64,000 nucleotides of DNA from the human T2T-CHM13v2.0 reference genome, Homo sapiens (GCF_009914755.1 NC_060931.1); one strand, 5' to 3'; numbered from the stretch's first letter, positions 16,935 through 36,167 are shown. Numbers and translations are program-made. The notes: a model not told the origin generated them from the sequence alone.

Positions 16935-17956
16935 TGAACCCAGACTCCCCAGCATAGCATCTGGGCACTCCCTTGAAGCAAGCATCTGTAGCGCACTGAG
17001 GACCTGAGAAACCGGGGCTCCCCTGGGGTGGGGAGGGAGGAACGGCCACTGCCATCAGTAACAAACCTGCTCGCTACCACGGCTGTGGCATTTTTCTGTG
17101 GCATTGTTTGTCTTTTTCTTTTTGATTTGTAGGAGCTGTTTATATATATTTGAAAGGAAATATATATTCCTTTCAAAATACATATGTTGAATCATATACA
17201 TTTTTCTTTGGTAAGTGCTAACAATATTTTTCCTGGCCTATTGCTTTGCTTTGAGTGAATTGTATTTATTTAAGGCCAAGCCTTAACTGGAAGGATACTT
17301 TTTTTCCTCCCCAAATCTTGACTTCATGAATAATAACAGCTGCTTCTCTCACTGAAAAACAAAACTGGAGGTGGCAGAGGGTGGGTGAGGTCATCGTTAT
17401 CGGTTTGCAGGCTTTGAGGCAGAGAGCATCTGTAGGTAGAGGCAGCTGCGGAGAAGATCATCCAGGGAGGCTGCAGGGAGCGCAGTGCTGCTGGAACCTG
17501 CAGCAGGGAGACTATTAAAGGGTCCAAGCCACTGCAGCCCCATGAGGAGGGGCCCACGCAGGAAAAGAAACGGTGTTGTTAGAACTTAAAGTCCCGCTGA
17601 GATGGTTTCCACCTGGGTTCACGAAGAAGGCTCCAGAGACGGGTTCGTTAGATGACAAGGCTGACTCCCAGGTGGTGATCGCAAACACGAAGACACATCT
17701 CAAGCCACAGGGGCTTCCGGGAGCCACACAGGCTGAGATTGGCATGATGGGCACAAGATCTGCCTTTGCAGAGGATGCCCTCCCTGGCGGGGGCTGAGGA
17801 AACAGCCCATCACCTTCCTTAGGCTCCTGCCCTCTTTGTATGGCTCTGGGAGGTAGAGGGACTTAGCTGACAGTTGCGTAGTGGAACGGAGGGGATGCTT
17901 GGATCCCTCATTGGTCTCATTCAACTGGTACAGAGCTCAGGCGAGCAGGAGGGACA

Positions 17957-18113
17957 TTATTATTTATTTATTTATTTAGTGGAGATGAGGTCTTGCTGTG
18001 TTGCCCAGGTAGGTCGTGAACTCCTGGGCTCAAGTGATCCTCCCTCCTAAGCCTTCTGATAAGCGATCCTCCCCAAATGTTGGGATTACAGGTGTGAGCC
18101 ATCATGCCCAGCC
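17957..18113 (-). mobile_element. FLAM-type Alu monomer
   Basis: Monomer with (ttta)n tail; TSD-like gaggg(a/g)cattatt. Confidence 0.8.
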
Positions 18114-18429
18114 CAAGAGGGGCATTATTTATTTAATGGGGTTTCATCTGTAACCCCAAATCCCCCTTGCCAATGCCTTGATGTCTCTGGATACAGAGGT
18201 CTCCCTTCTGGCAGCTGGCCTGGAGTCAATAACCACAGCTCCCATGTATGTGCTGGTCTTGCTGCTCCAGGTACCGTGCTGTGCAGGTGTAACAACTCTA
18301 TGAGGCTAGAAACACCATTGCCCCCATTTTGTAGTTGGGAAAACTGAGGTAGGAGGAGGCCAAAAAATCACCAAGCAATGCTGCTGCTTTCTCTCTAATC
18401 CCTGGTCTCTCCTCCTATTTGTGGAAGCC

Positions 18430-18835
<406 letters not shown>

Positions 18836-18978
18836 TGAGGACTGTATCGGCCAAATCTTAGAAGGAGAAGATCACGAAAAAGCGTCTGCAGAAAGAGAAG
18901 AAAGGGGTGGTACACTGCGGAGGAGGAGGGTCCACTCCAGAGGCTGCAGGTGACACACGGGACCCCCTCCATGGATGT

Positions 18979-19691
<713 letters not shown>

Positions 19692-19848
19692 GGTACGAGG
19701 CAGGGATGCAGACAGGTTCTAACGTGGGGGTGGGGAGGCCAGACTAGAGCTGGGGTCGTGTCTTTGGTTGGAGAACGACAGGCATATTAAACAAAGATAT
19801 GACCCTTTGATTTCTTGCCCAGGGGTCTCGCTACTTCCTCTCACATCT

Positions 19849-20217
19849 TGATATGGTTTTGCTGTGTGCCCACTCAAAATCTCATCTTGAATTACAATCC
19901 CTATAATCCCCATGTGTCAAGGGCGGGACCAGGTGAAGGTAACCGGATTATAGGGGTGGTTCCCCCATGGTCTTCTTGTGATAGTGAGTGAGTCTCACTG
20001 TCATGAGATCTGATGGTTTTATAAGCATCTGGCATTTCCCCTGCTGGCACTCACTCCACGAAGAAGGTGCCTGCTTCTCCTTTCTCTTCCGCCACAATTT
20101 TAAGTTTCCTGAGGCCTCCCCAGCTATGCAGAACTGTGAGTCAATTAAACCTCTTTCCTTTATAAGTTATCCAGTCTTGGGTATTTCTCCATAGCAGTGT
20201 GAGAATGCACTAATACA
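19849..20217 (+). mobile_element. THE1D-like solo LTR
   Basis: tgatatgg...ctaataca termini; perfect 5-bp TSD catct. Confidence 0.88.
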
Positions 20218-21644
20218 CATCTGTCTACCAGCACTTTAGCCATGGATGTGTCAACATATTACCTTAAAATTTGTTCACAAGGTACCAGGCTGGGAAGAAA
20301 GTGCTTCACCTGTCCCTGACAGCTTTTCCTCCATTTGGGGCATCTGCAAATATCTTGAAGTTGTAGGCAGAACCGAGGTGTGAGTGAACACATGCAGGTA
20401 TGTGCATTTTTTCTGCAAAAATAATCCACGGCTTTCATCAGCCTTTCAAAGGCATCCTCTGAGAGGCTAAGAAGCATTGTTCTAGGTTAATGATAGTTTC
20501 CAAAATGGGCAAGAAACGAGACTCTTAATCTAGAGATCACAGGATTCCAGGCTGCGCCTGTGTTGGGTAACAGCAGGAGAAAGGTCAAAACCACCCATCG
20601 ACATCCTGTGTGACTTTGGGCTAGTTTACTACCCTCTCTGAGCATTCTCATTTATAAAAATGTAAACAAACACAATACCTCCTTCCAGAGCAGGGGTGGG
20701 GAGTAAATGAAGTTATGTGCTTAGAGGCCCCTGCCCGGGGCTCCATCTCTCCACCTGCCTGCTTCCTCTGCTGTCTCCAGCAAAACCTCTCTCCTCTTTT
20801 CGGTCTGATCCTCCAGCCTGTGCATTGTTTCTGTATCTTTGGGATTTTTTCTTCCTTCCCACTGCACCCACCCTCTGGTCAATATCACTGCTATTTCTAT
20901 TTGCAACAGGGCAGGAGAAGGAAGTGGTGAAACTTTCTTTAACTTTACAACCTTGGAGCAGCCACAGTTGATATTTGGGGAGGAAGAAAGCTGAGATTAT
21001 CAGCACATCCAGGTCTGTGCTTCCCAATATTCCCGATGCTTCTTTGTCTACTGACTCCTCCCTGGTCATGAATAATTAAAACTCTGGCCATGCTCAAATG
21101 GCCTAATGCAACCACTACAAGAAAACATTGGGGAAAATATCTTACAGGCTCCAGAAACACCACACCCAAGGAAGATATTTGCAAGAGCAGATGGTAACAG
21201 ACACAGGTTGCCTCTTCAGCCTCATCCTGGCTTAGGGCAGCCATGGCCACACGGTTCCCATCTGCGTCTGGCCCACTGAGGTGAGAGGAGGTTAGCTCGC
21301 TAGGCCTGGGCCCATTCATCTCACTCAGGACCCTAATGCTGGAGCACATTTGTGAGCCAATCAGTCCTTGGGCCTTTTTTCCTTTGAATCTCTACTTTGT
21401 TAACATTCAGCTCTCATATTTCCTGGTGACACACGAGGTCATATGTATGGCAAAGCATCCTCTGAAATCATATCGTGCTGTATTGATATTAAGCTAAAGA
21501 TATACTGATCTCGGGTTGGTTATCTGTTCTTAATTCAGATGGGAAGAACAAGACCCGAAGTGGAGATAGTTCAATCCCCTACCCCCAATTTCCCAGCCGC
21601 ACCGCTTAGGTACCCCCAAGTGGCATCATGTGACCACTTCTGGC

Positions 21645-22230
21645 TATCACGTGGTGAACCCCAAAACTTGGGTTCACCCTGAGATGCCACATGGGTTCTT
21701 GGCTTCATGCAGGAAGGAATTTAAGAGTGAGCTGACAGAGTAAAGTGAAAGCAAATTTATTAAGAAAGCAAAGGAATAAAAGGGTGGTTGCTCCATAGGC
21801 AAAGCAGTGGCATGGGCTGCTTGACTGAGTATACTGTCAGTTCTTTGTTGCTCATATGCTAAACAAGGGGTGGATTATTCATGAGTTTTTTGGGAAAGGG
21901 GTGGGAAGTTTCCCAAACTGAAGGTTCCTCCCCTTTCTAGACCGTATAACATAATTTCTGAATGTTGCCATGGTGTTTATAAGCTGACATGGTGCTGGTG
22001 GGAGTGTTTTTTCCCAAGCTAATGCATTATAATTAGTGTATAATGAGCAGTGAGGATGACCAGAGGTCGCTTTCCTCACCATCTTCGTTTTGGTGGGTTT
22101 TGGCTGGCTTCTTGACCACATTCTGTTTTATCAGGGGGGTCTTTGTGAGTTGTACCTTGCAAAACCAGTCCTGCCTATTCTTGTCTCATTTATTCAAGAT
22201 GGAGTCACTCTGGTTGGAAAGCCTCTGACA
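21645..22230 (-). mobile_element. MER41-family solo LTR (ERV1)
   Basis: Reverse complement starts tgtcagaggc..ccagagtgactccatcttgaata; 4-bp TSD tggc. Confidence 0.85.
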
Positions 22231-22360
22231 TGGCCACTGAGTAGGTAGCAGACGTGGTAGGTGCCACCTCTGGGTGGAAGTATTTTAGAGCTGGTGCAAG
22301 ATGTCCCTGGTCTGTGTTCCCTGCCACGACAATTGTGGGGGCCACAGGTTGAGGTGTTAG

Positions 22361-22872
22361 CATTGCGAGAAACTGAGAACCAGAGAGACCGATACGGAGA
22401 ACGGGAGGATTGTTTATTTTAGGTACGCACTGGCTCAGTGGATTCGCATCCAAAAAGCTGAGCATTGAACAACGACTGAGTGGGGTTTTTATAAGCAGAC
22501 TTACAAAAGTAAAACAAAAGCAGTTAATCATATAGTGTATAATTTGTGGCCTTGTAGCTGCGTCAAAAGAAAAACAAGAACTGGCTAAATACAGACATTT
22601 GTAAAACATAATCACGTTTAAGAAGCCTGGGAAAGGAGTAACAGTAAAGTAATTTATCTTTTTCTCTTTTTTTTTCCTTCAACATTGCTCTGGGGGAGAG
22701 GGGTGTCTGAAGCCCATTCCTTTGGCCTTGGCTGCTCGTACAGCATTATCTTATAACTGTCCTTGAAGTGTGCTTGCTAGGCAGAGGAAAACTTCTTTTT
22801 TTCTTGTGAACCCTTGCCTGTTACTTTTCTTGGAGTGAATGAATGCATATTTATTTTTAAATTTCTGCCTCA
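22361..22872 (-). mobile_element. ERV1-class solo LTR, subfamily uncertain
   Basis: Minus strand starts tgaggcagaaa, has TATA (cttataaaaa) then AATAAA; 4-bp TSD ttag; CpGs retained. Confidence 0.7.
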
Positions 22873-22941
22873 TTAGAGCCACCTATGAAAGCAGACTGGA
22901 TCGCTGAGTCACTCAGTGGAAGCCTGTTTCAAAACACAGTG

Positions 22942-23258
22942 TATCAGTAGAAATTTTGAGGTATAGTGAAGCCAACAGATCAGGAGATGATTGCTATTGA
23001 AAAAGTAGTTTGTTACTCACAGTTCCCAGGAGGAGGGGACACCGCCTGCCACGCCACACAGAGCCACACGGGGAAGCACCAAGGTCAGTTAGGAGGTGGA
23101 GGGAAAAGAAGGCTTTGTTTGGTTTGGGTGGGTTGTTTGCATCTGAAAAGTGCTGTCATGGCAACTTGTATCTCTAGAAATTGGCTAACTCTAGGGGGTC
23201 AGCGAGGCCCCAGATGTCAGAGCATTGGAATGCAGGAAATAAAAGATGTGGTTAATAC
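22942..23258 (-). mobile_element. LTR47-like LTR
   Basis: Reverse complement gtattaacc..ctctgacatctggggcctcgctgacc..ttagccaatttctagagata. Confidence 0.55.
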
Positions 23259-23459
23259 CAAGACAAGTGTTCCGGAGGGCTGCACAATCTGCACTGGACT
23301 TTGTGGGAGGGGAAATTAAACTTTGTTCTGTGAAGCATTCATACTTGGGGATTCATTTACCACCGGCAGTGTGCTACTGCAGGAACACAGGAGAAGCAGG
23401 GGCATGTGAAAAAACAGCAGTCTCAGCATAGGCATAGCATCTGCCACACTGACAAAGTT

Positions 23460-24275
23460 CGTTCATTTATTCATTCCAATATTCAGCCAGTGGTTGTTGA
23501 GCACCAGCTGTGTGTCAGGCCTGGGGCTGGGGACTGGATCACAGAGACCAGGCACTAACCCTGCTCCCACAGACCTCTTAGTCTCACGAGAAAGGTGACA
23601 CATGTGAAAGGACAAGGATGGGCTGGACACAGTGGCTCATGCCTATAATCCCAGCACTTTGGGAGGCCGAAGTGGGAGGTGCTTGAGGCCAGGAGTTCGA
23701 GGCCAGCCTGGGCAACATTGCAAGACCCTGTCTCTACAAAAAAGAAAAAAATTACCTGGGCATGGTGGCATGCACCTGTAGTCCCAGCTGCTCTGGAGGC
23801 TGAGGAGGAAGGATCGCTTTAGCTGAGTTGGAGGCTGCAGCGAGCTGTGATCTACACTCCAGCCTGAGCGACAGAGTGAAAGCTTGACTCAAAAAAAAAA
23901 GAAGGAAGGACAAAGATGATAGAGTGTGAAGACTGCCATGCAGAGCTGGGTCTCCAGTGGGTGGGTAAACAGAGGAGGGAGTGAATCAGGGAGGACTTCT
24001 CACAGGAAGTGACACTTAGGGTAGGTGTTCATGGAGTTACATAAGAATTCCCTGTGCAGAGACAATGGGCACAGATGTTCTGGGATGTCTAGGAAGCACA
24101 TGTATAAGGGCACGTCCAGGTCTGGCAGAGTTCAGTGGGGCTGGAGCAGAGGAGCACTGGGGTATGGTGAGACATGGCTGGAAAGCCAGCTGGGTTGACA
24201 TCTGCAAAGGCTTTGGGTGCACTGACAAGGGCTGCAGGTGACTGACGGCCATGCAGGTGACATTAGGAGATTGGC
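23460..24275 (-). mobile_element. L2 fragment interrupted by AluJ (23621-23900, +)
   Basis: ttcatttattcatt..ttgagcacc L2 3' end; Alu TSD ga(a)aggacaa(g/a)gatg. Confidence 0.65.
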
Positions 24276-26004
24276 AGTCACAGCCTTTCCTTCTTAAATT
24301 CCCCTCACCTCCTTCAGTGGCTGTCCTATCAGATGATTAGTGTTCATTTAACCCCTCTTGTTATAGTTGGGGAAGAACCCCATAAGCTCCTCTAATTTAA
24401 GGCAGGGATAGTAAATGCCATCCTCCCTTCCAGCACTCAGGGCAGACATCAGCAATCGATCGACATTCTTTGCATCAGAGGCCAGATTGAGCCTCAGAGG
24501 CCTTTTCAACACAGCTCTTCAGGCAACAAATATCCAAGGGCCCAAATTGGTGTGCAAGTCGATTTATATGTCATTTCTGTTTTAAGAGGTTAAGGACGTC
24601 GTGTTCTCTTTCTAGAAGTATTTTTACTTTAGAAAAAAGAAACTGCAGAGTGAGGACAAAATTTAGTCAAAGAAATTAATAGCTAATGGTAGAATTTTAG
24701 TCTGCAGAAGTTTTGGGAAAGGAAGTCTGTGCAAGTCTCTCAATCCTGTCTCCGTTGTCACAAAAAAATGTTTACGTTGTTTATTTTCCAAGGCAAGGTA
24801 AACACCATGGAGCAAGAGACAGTTGTTTCCATGGTAAGCTCCACCCACGATGTCTCCCTTTGTATCCCCCACAATGCCCACAATCGTTCAGGCAAAGAAT
24901 AGGTGCTCACTAAATGTGTATTGATTGAATCTAAATTGCAATTTTATCCAACACCCTCAGGGAAGCCAACTGGAAACTAAACTCACCCCCATATATTGCT
25001 GAAACGCATTGATTACCAAGAAGCCAATGTATGACAGCCCCAACTTGTGAGACGCGTTTTTTCCAAAGCCACGTAAATCGCGATGTGTGCAGCCCGTTGC
25101 TCATTCTGTGTCATGCACCGTTGCCAGCCATTTGCTCTTCTCGTTAGCTCCGTGAGGGCAGGGGTCACCGTTTTCACTGCTCAGCCTCCTCCTGCTCGGC
25201 CCAGCCCAGGGAGACCCCTCAGTCCATACCTGTGAATGAATGAGTGACACTTACTAAGCACAGCGAGATGAATAATTCATCATTCCTATCCTTCTTCCCA
25301 ACTTCCTGATCCAGGATGGCATAGACGTGTGGGAGGCGCACATGCTGGGAGGGGTTTGAGTCCCCTGCCCGAGGTTGCAGAGTGCCTGGGGACGGGGGTG
25401 GGGGCATGCTGGGGGCATTTGCAGAAAGGGCAGTAGGAGAGCAGTTTGGAGGGAGGTAAGGCAGGAAGCACTCAGTCCTGGGCTCAGGGACTGTGACGTG
25501 CTGCTGGAACCTGCCTGGGGAGCTCAGGAATGAGGGGAGATGGCAAATAAAGACCTGGCATGAGGCTGGGGGCAGGGACAGAAATCACCCTGGTGTCCGA
25601 GGAAGGAAAGTGGAACGCTAAAGAGGTGAGACGACCAGGGAAAGTGAAACAAGAGAGAAAGAAGGGATGTAGAATTGGATTATTGGGGTGGAAAGAGGAA
25701 GCCAGGTGGGGGAAGAGTCAGAGGAGGCTCAGGCAGAGGGCAGGAGGGGAATTGGGAGAGGACAGCGAGCCTTCGAAAAAATCCGGAGCTGGCACCTTCA
25801 ACAGAAGCCATGGAGCAACCCAAGAGGAGCCTGGGAGACAGCAACTTGGTGGCTGCTGAAAGACAGTTTCAGCTAAGGGGCAGGAGTGAGAGCCAGCCAG
25901 CACTGCAGAAGGTGGGGGGAAAGGCAAGCAGCCTAGATGGTTCCTTCAAGAGGTTTGTCGATAAAAGGAGCAGTCAATAGGACCCAGGACAGTAAGTTCA
26001 TTTG

Positions 26005-26135
26005 TTCTTTTAAACTTTTCTTCTCTCTGCTTCCTTCCTCCTTTCATTTCCTATCCTTTTTCCTTCCTTCCTTCCTTCCCTTTTTTCCTTCCTTCTCTTT
26101 TCTTTTTCCTTCCTTTTCTTCCCTTACCTTCCCCT
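26005..26135. repeat. (TTCC)n polypyrimidine low-complexity tract
   Basis: Read directly. Confidence 0.9.
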
Positions 26136-26519
26136 TTTCCCCCCCTCCGCTCCCGCTTCTCCCCTCCCCCCTGAACCTTCAGGAACCCACACCAGCATGT
26201 GATCTCGACTCACTCTTTTTCCCCTGCCCTACTGAAAGCTGGCTGGGGACCTGGAGTGTTTGCAACGACGCAAGATGAGAAGCTGGGTCACTGAAACATT
26301 AACTCACAGACCAGGGTGGGTTGCAGCTGATCCAACAGGCTGGACAGCCGCATCAATGCTTCCTAGAAGAGGAGATGGGAGGAGAGAGTGAGCCCAGGAG
26401 CCTCTGCGTGGAGACCAAGGGGCCGAGGAGCACAGAAAGCCCCAGGGCTACGCATCTTGGGTCAAAAGTCGCTGAAAAGATATTGATATCTACTTTTCTT
26501 TCTTTTTTTTTTTTTTTCA

Positions 26520-29120
<2,601 letters not shown>

Positions 29121-29834
29121 TGTCTAGAGTTAGAAGTTCAGCTTTCTATCTCCTCTGTTTCTTTACCTGTAAAATGGGAACAATACTACCTACTCTACCT
29201 ACACTACAGAACAATTTTCAGAATTAATTAAGAAGTTCATGTGTATGAAAGTACACTGGGAAAATGTTATATCATGTTATGTTAGTAGACTGTTATTTCT
29301 GAGACTAGGGTCTGGCAAGATGTAGCTTGAGAAGAGATAGGATAAGTGGCGGGGCACCTCCATATTCATCTATCAATTTAATGTTGGTGAAAACAAACTT
29401 GACAGCCAGAAGCCAGCCTTCTATTGTTTATTTCCCTGTTTCTTTTGAGTCTGTGGTGACCTTTGTCTTGACAAGCAATAACCCTGGAGAAAGCTAGAGG
29501 AAAAACAAAGATTAGGGTCACAGCAAGGAGAGAGCAATAAAGTAGCTTTAAAGAGCCTAAGAAACCAGGATAATTGAATATAGTAAGGATTGTGGCTGGG
29601 ACAAGGAGGTGTCTACAACATCATTTTCAGAAAAACAATCACAAAAGAAAAATAACACTGGAGCTGGGAGGGAAGGAACTAGTTGGAAAGGGAACCCAGA
29701 GGAGAAAGGAACAGCCTCTCAGAATAGTCAGCAATGACTCTGCCTTACTTAGAGGTTATGGGACAGGGCTACCAATTGGAGTGACCTCAGTATTACCAAT
29801 CAGGATGACATAGATCTTGTGCACTTTTGGCCCC

Positions 29835-30212
29835 TGTATTAGTCCGCTTTTGCACTGCTATGAAGAAATACCTGAGACTGGGTAATTTATAAAGGAAAGA
29901 GGTTTAATTGACTCATATTTCCACATGGCTGGGGAGGCCTCAGGACACTTACAATCATGGCAGAAGGGGAAGCAGACATGTCTTACATAGCAGCAGGCAA
30001 GAGAGAGCGTGCAAGAGCAGGGAAAAGTGACTTATAAAAACCATCAGATCTCATGAGAACTCACTATCATGAGAACAGCATGGAGGAAACTGCCCCCATG
30101 ATCCAATCACCTCCCTCCCTCAACACGTGGGGATTACAAGTCCCTTCCTTGACAACTAGTGATTACAATTCAAGGTGAGATTTGGGTGGGGACACAGAAC
30201 CAAACCATATCA
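29835..30212 (-). mobile_element. THE1 solo LTR
   Basis: tgtattagtcc...caaaccatatca; TSD gcccc/gccct. Confidence 0.88.
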
Positions 30213-30881
30213 GCCCTCATTCCAGGCAGGCAAAGGGCTCTGGATTAAGATTTGGGGGACCCCTTAACCCCTGTGAGCCTCAGGTTTTCCTTCTACAAGA
30301 TGAAACTGGTAAAGGTGCCAACTCTGCTTGGTTGTTTGAGGGTCAAATGTGGATCACCCAACCTGTTCATGGTTGGCAATCAATATATATAGTAGTTCCC
30401 TGCCTGATCACAGCCCCAGAAATTTTGGCCTCTGTCTAGGCTGGACGCTGACTGTGGGAGGTTCCTCTCTAAGAGCTTACGTGCTCTGCCGTCATTTCCT
30501 GTGTTTTCTGGCCCATAGTTGGGAGGGGCATGCCAAGGTGACCATGCCCTAATTTCCCTTTCTAAATCGTCTTCATTGCAGTCTTCTGGTTCTTCTTTCT
30601 CTTCTTTGTCCCAGGGGTCTCCATTGAACTCACTGTAGGGGGTGGGGACTCTGGAGGCCTGGTCCTGGGGGCTGATCCTGAGGAAGGGGCATTCCTAGGC
30701 CAGAGTGAGGTCCTGGGGTGAACCACAGAGGAAGTTCCATCTCCCACCCCACTCTCCTTGTCTTGAGGAAGTTGACTTTAAATAAAGCCCAACACGCCCC
30801 GCTAAACTGCCAGCTCAGAAGACAGGGTCTGTGTCTGTCCTGTTCAAGGGTGTCCCACCCCACACCCCTTCCCCCATACTG

Positions 30882-32112
<1,231 letters not shown>

Positions 32113-32160
32113 TATTGTCTGGTGATTAGAATAGTACCTTGCTTAGAAGACATGCCCAGT

Positions 32161-32864
32161 TGTATGAGTCTGTTCTCTCACTGCTATAAAGAAATACCTG
32201 AGGCTGGATAATTTATAAAGAAAAGAGGTTTAATTGGCTCACGGTTCTGCAGGCTGTCCAGGAAGTACGGCTGGGGAGGCCTCAGGAAACTCACAATCAC
32301 AGTGGAAGGTGAACGGGAAGCAGGCATGTCTTGGGTGGCTGGAGCAGGAGGAGGAGAGAGGAGGAGGTGCTACACACTTACAGACAACCAGAGGGCCAGG
32401 CGCGGAAGCTCATGCCTGTAATCCCAGCACTTTGGGAGGCCGAGGCGGGTGGATCACCTGAGCTCGGGAGTCCGAGACCAGCCTGACCAACATGGTGAAA
32501 CCCTGTCTCTACTAAAAATACAAAATTAGCCGGCCATGGTGGTACACACCTGTAATCCCAGCTACTCGGGAGGCTGAGGCGGGAGAATTGCTTGAACCAG
32601 GAGGCAGAGGTTGTGGTGAGCCAAGACTGCGCCCCTGCACTCCAGCCTGGGCGACGAGCAGAACTCCATCTCTAACATAAAATAAAAAATAAAATAAAAT
32701 AAAAAAACAACCAGATCTCGTGAGAACTCACTGAACATCATGAGAACAGCAAGGAAGAAATCCACCCCCATGATCCAATCGCCTCCAACCAGGCTCCTCT
32801 TCCAACACTGGGGATTACGATTTGACATGAACTTTGGGCAGGGCCACAAATGCAAACCCTGTTA
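32161..32864 (-). mobile_element. MSTB-like LTR interrupted by AluS (32394-32707, +)
   Basis: MST termini, TSD ccagt/ccaat; Alu TSD acaaccaga. Confidence 0.85.
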
Positions 32865-33034
32865 CCAATAAGTACCTTCTGAATGACTGAAACCAGTGAA
32901 AACAAGCTACAACGGACATGTGGGGCCACCCCACCCCTTTTGCTTTAGCAGCATTGGCCTTGCACATTTTGGGTGCTGTCTGCCTCCCCATTCTTGCTCC
33001 AGGCGCCTTTGCCCGTGTTCACTTGTGCTCTGGC

Positions 33035-33200
33035 CCAGGGCTTCTAAGCTGTACTATTCATATGAAACACCTGGGTGTCTTGAGACAATGCAGGTTCTGG
33101 CCCAACAGGTCTATGGCGGGGACAAAGATTCTGCATTTCTAACAAGATCCCAGGTGACGCTGGTGCTTGTCACGGAGCACACATTGAGCAGCCAGGTTCT
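33035..33200. mobile_element. MER5A (hAT-Charlie)
   Basis: gattctgcatttctaacaagatcccaggtgacgctg. Confidence 0.75.
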
Positions 33201-33647
33201 AGCCACCCTGCCCTCCTTCCCATGTGCCAAGATCAGGGTCTCCACGTGACCTTCGAACTTGCCACAACCTTTACCTGGGGCGCTGTTCTCCCTGGTCTTC
33301 ACATGACCTGCTTCCATGCAACATTGGGGTCTCTGTTCAGACATCACCCTTCAAAAACAAAGATCTTTTCCTGACTACTCATGCAAACGTAGCTCCCCAT
33401 CTCAGTTCTCTGCATAATGTTACTGATAGTTTCTAGTTGATGTGTCGTCAGCTTTCCTCCCTAGAATGCAGGCTCCACGGGAGCCCCCCATTCCCACTCT
33501 GGTGACTTTACAACAGCACATGCCCAAAAAACAAGTGTTGAATGATCGTGGTGGTGATGTCACAAGGCTAAGGGTGGAGAGAGCTGGCATGATACTGGGG
33601 ATGGAGGCAGTGATGGAAGGGGGATGGTTATAGCTCAAATGCATGTA

Positions 33648-34509
<862 letters not shown>

Positions 34510-35016
34510 TCATAATGGTTTCTCTAGAGTTTTGCACAAACAAGACGAATGGGGCCACAGACAGGCAGCACCCAGGGGTGCATTCTGGCTGGGCCTTGTG
34601 CCCAGGGCAGGTTTCTCCATCGTGTTTTATTTCCAGAACTAAGTTGAGCCATGGCTGGTGCTGCCTTCCACCTCTGACTCTGCCAAGAAGTGCCTGGAGC
34701 CCTTGTTTTCGGGGAGGAAGTATCTCTGGTGGGTTTTGAAGTTTCTGTGTGATTTCTCTTAACATTAAATCAATACTGGAAGTGTCTTTTGTTATTTTTC
34801 TGTTTATGGAGCCAATGCTTTAACTAATATCAGCAGATACCACATGCTGAATGGCCCTGTTGTATGCCAGGCCTACGTTTCATCTCATTCAATCCTCTCA
34901 ACAGTTCTAGGGAACCCAATCTCATGTTATCCCATTTTCGAGAGGAGGCACTTGAAGCTAAGAGAGGTTAGGTCATTGGCCTGAGGTAAAACAACAGTTG
35001 GGGTTAGTCAGTACTG

Positions 35017-35225
35017 CAGGGGTCGCAAACACAACTGCCTAGAGCAGTTGTGCTTTGCAGGCCAGACAGTGTCTGTGCAGCTATTCAGCTCTGCTCATGA
35101 AGCACAAAAGCAGCCTTGGACCATCTACAAACAAATGAGTGTAACTGTGTTCTAATAAAACTTTATTAACAAACACAAGTGTGGGGCCAGATTGGGCCCA
35201 TGGGCCATAGTTTGCTGACCTCTCG
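35017..35225. mobile_element. MER58A (hAT-Charlie)
   Basis: gtgttctaataaaactttatt..gggccatagtttgctgacc. Confidence 0.8.
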
Positions 35226-35521
35226 CCTAGAGAGGCCAGTAGGGAAAATCAATGGGTAAAACAGGCCAGGAGCAAAGAATACCGAGGCGCTTCCTTGTTC
35301 TGGCTTCTCTTCTTCCCAGTTTTGATGGAGGCAAGACACCGTGCAAGTGCATGATGCCTGGCTACTGGCACAGTGACGTGTCAGCAGGTGGCAGGAGGTG
35401 AGGGTGGTCCCCAGGTGTTCCAACAACAAACAGTAGCCACACCCAACTTCAGCTGCCTGCTGCTGCCAGACACACAGCCAATGTGGCCAGTTTTTAAAAG
35501 AAGCCACAAGCCTGGATTTGG

Positions 35522-35524
<3 letters not shown>

Positions 35525-35563
<39 letters not shown>

Positions 35564-35575
35564 ATGCATGTGTAT
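35525..35575. repeat. (TG)n microsatellite
   Basis: Read directly. Confidence 0.97.
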
Positions 35576-36167
35576 GAAATACCACCTTTCTTTCTATGTT
35601 GGCTCAAATCAATAAAACAAAACCAGAAATCCTGTGCAAACCAAGTAGAAGACATCCAAGCATCGCCTCTGGCCCTCAGACCAGCAGTTTACAACCTCTG
35701 CACTCCGAAAACCCCCCAGACAACGCTGTATTTATTAAGTAATAATTCATCTGTTTCCCATATTTTATTTATCAAAGACCTCAGTAACTGTCAAGTAGAA
35801 CTTCTTATCATCAGGAACCGATCGGCAGACAAGTGTTACCTCCCAGACTGATGATCAATCTTGGCAAACCGGGAAACCCTGACATTTTAATTAGCTGGAA
35901 CATTCTTATCAGCCATCAATCCTGAACCTGCCATTTCGCATTGTTTGTGAGCCCCTAATTGGGAATCCCTGATTTGGTTTCCTCAGGGCCACCTCATTCA
36001 CGTGAACATATCCTCATTACTTTACTGTGGCAGCCACCCCTAGATTATTCAGCACAGAGCCAACACCATCAGAGCGACAGCGACCACCTCAAAATGTGCT
36101 CGCCGTGTAGCCTCCTGAGTTGCTGACACTAAAAAAGGAAAAAATGGGCTTCTGTAGGCTGCAGCAC

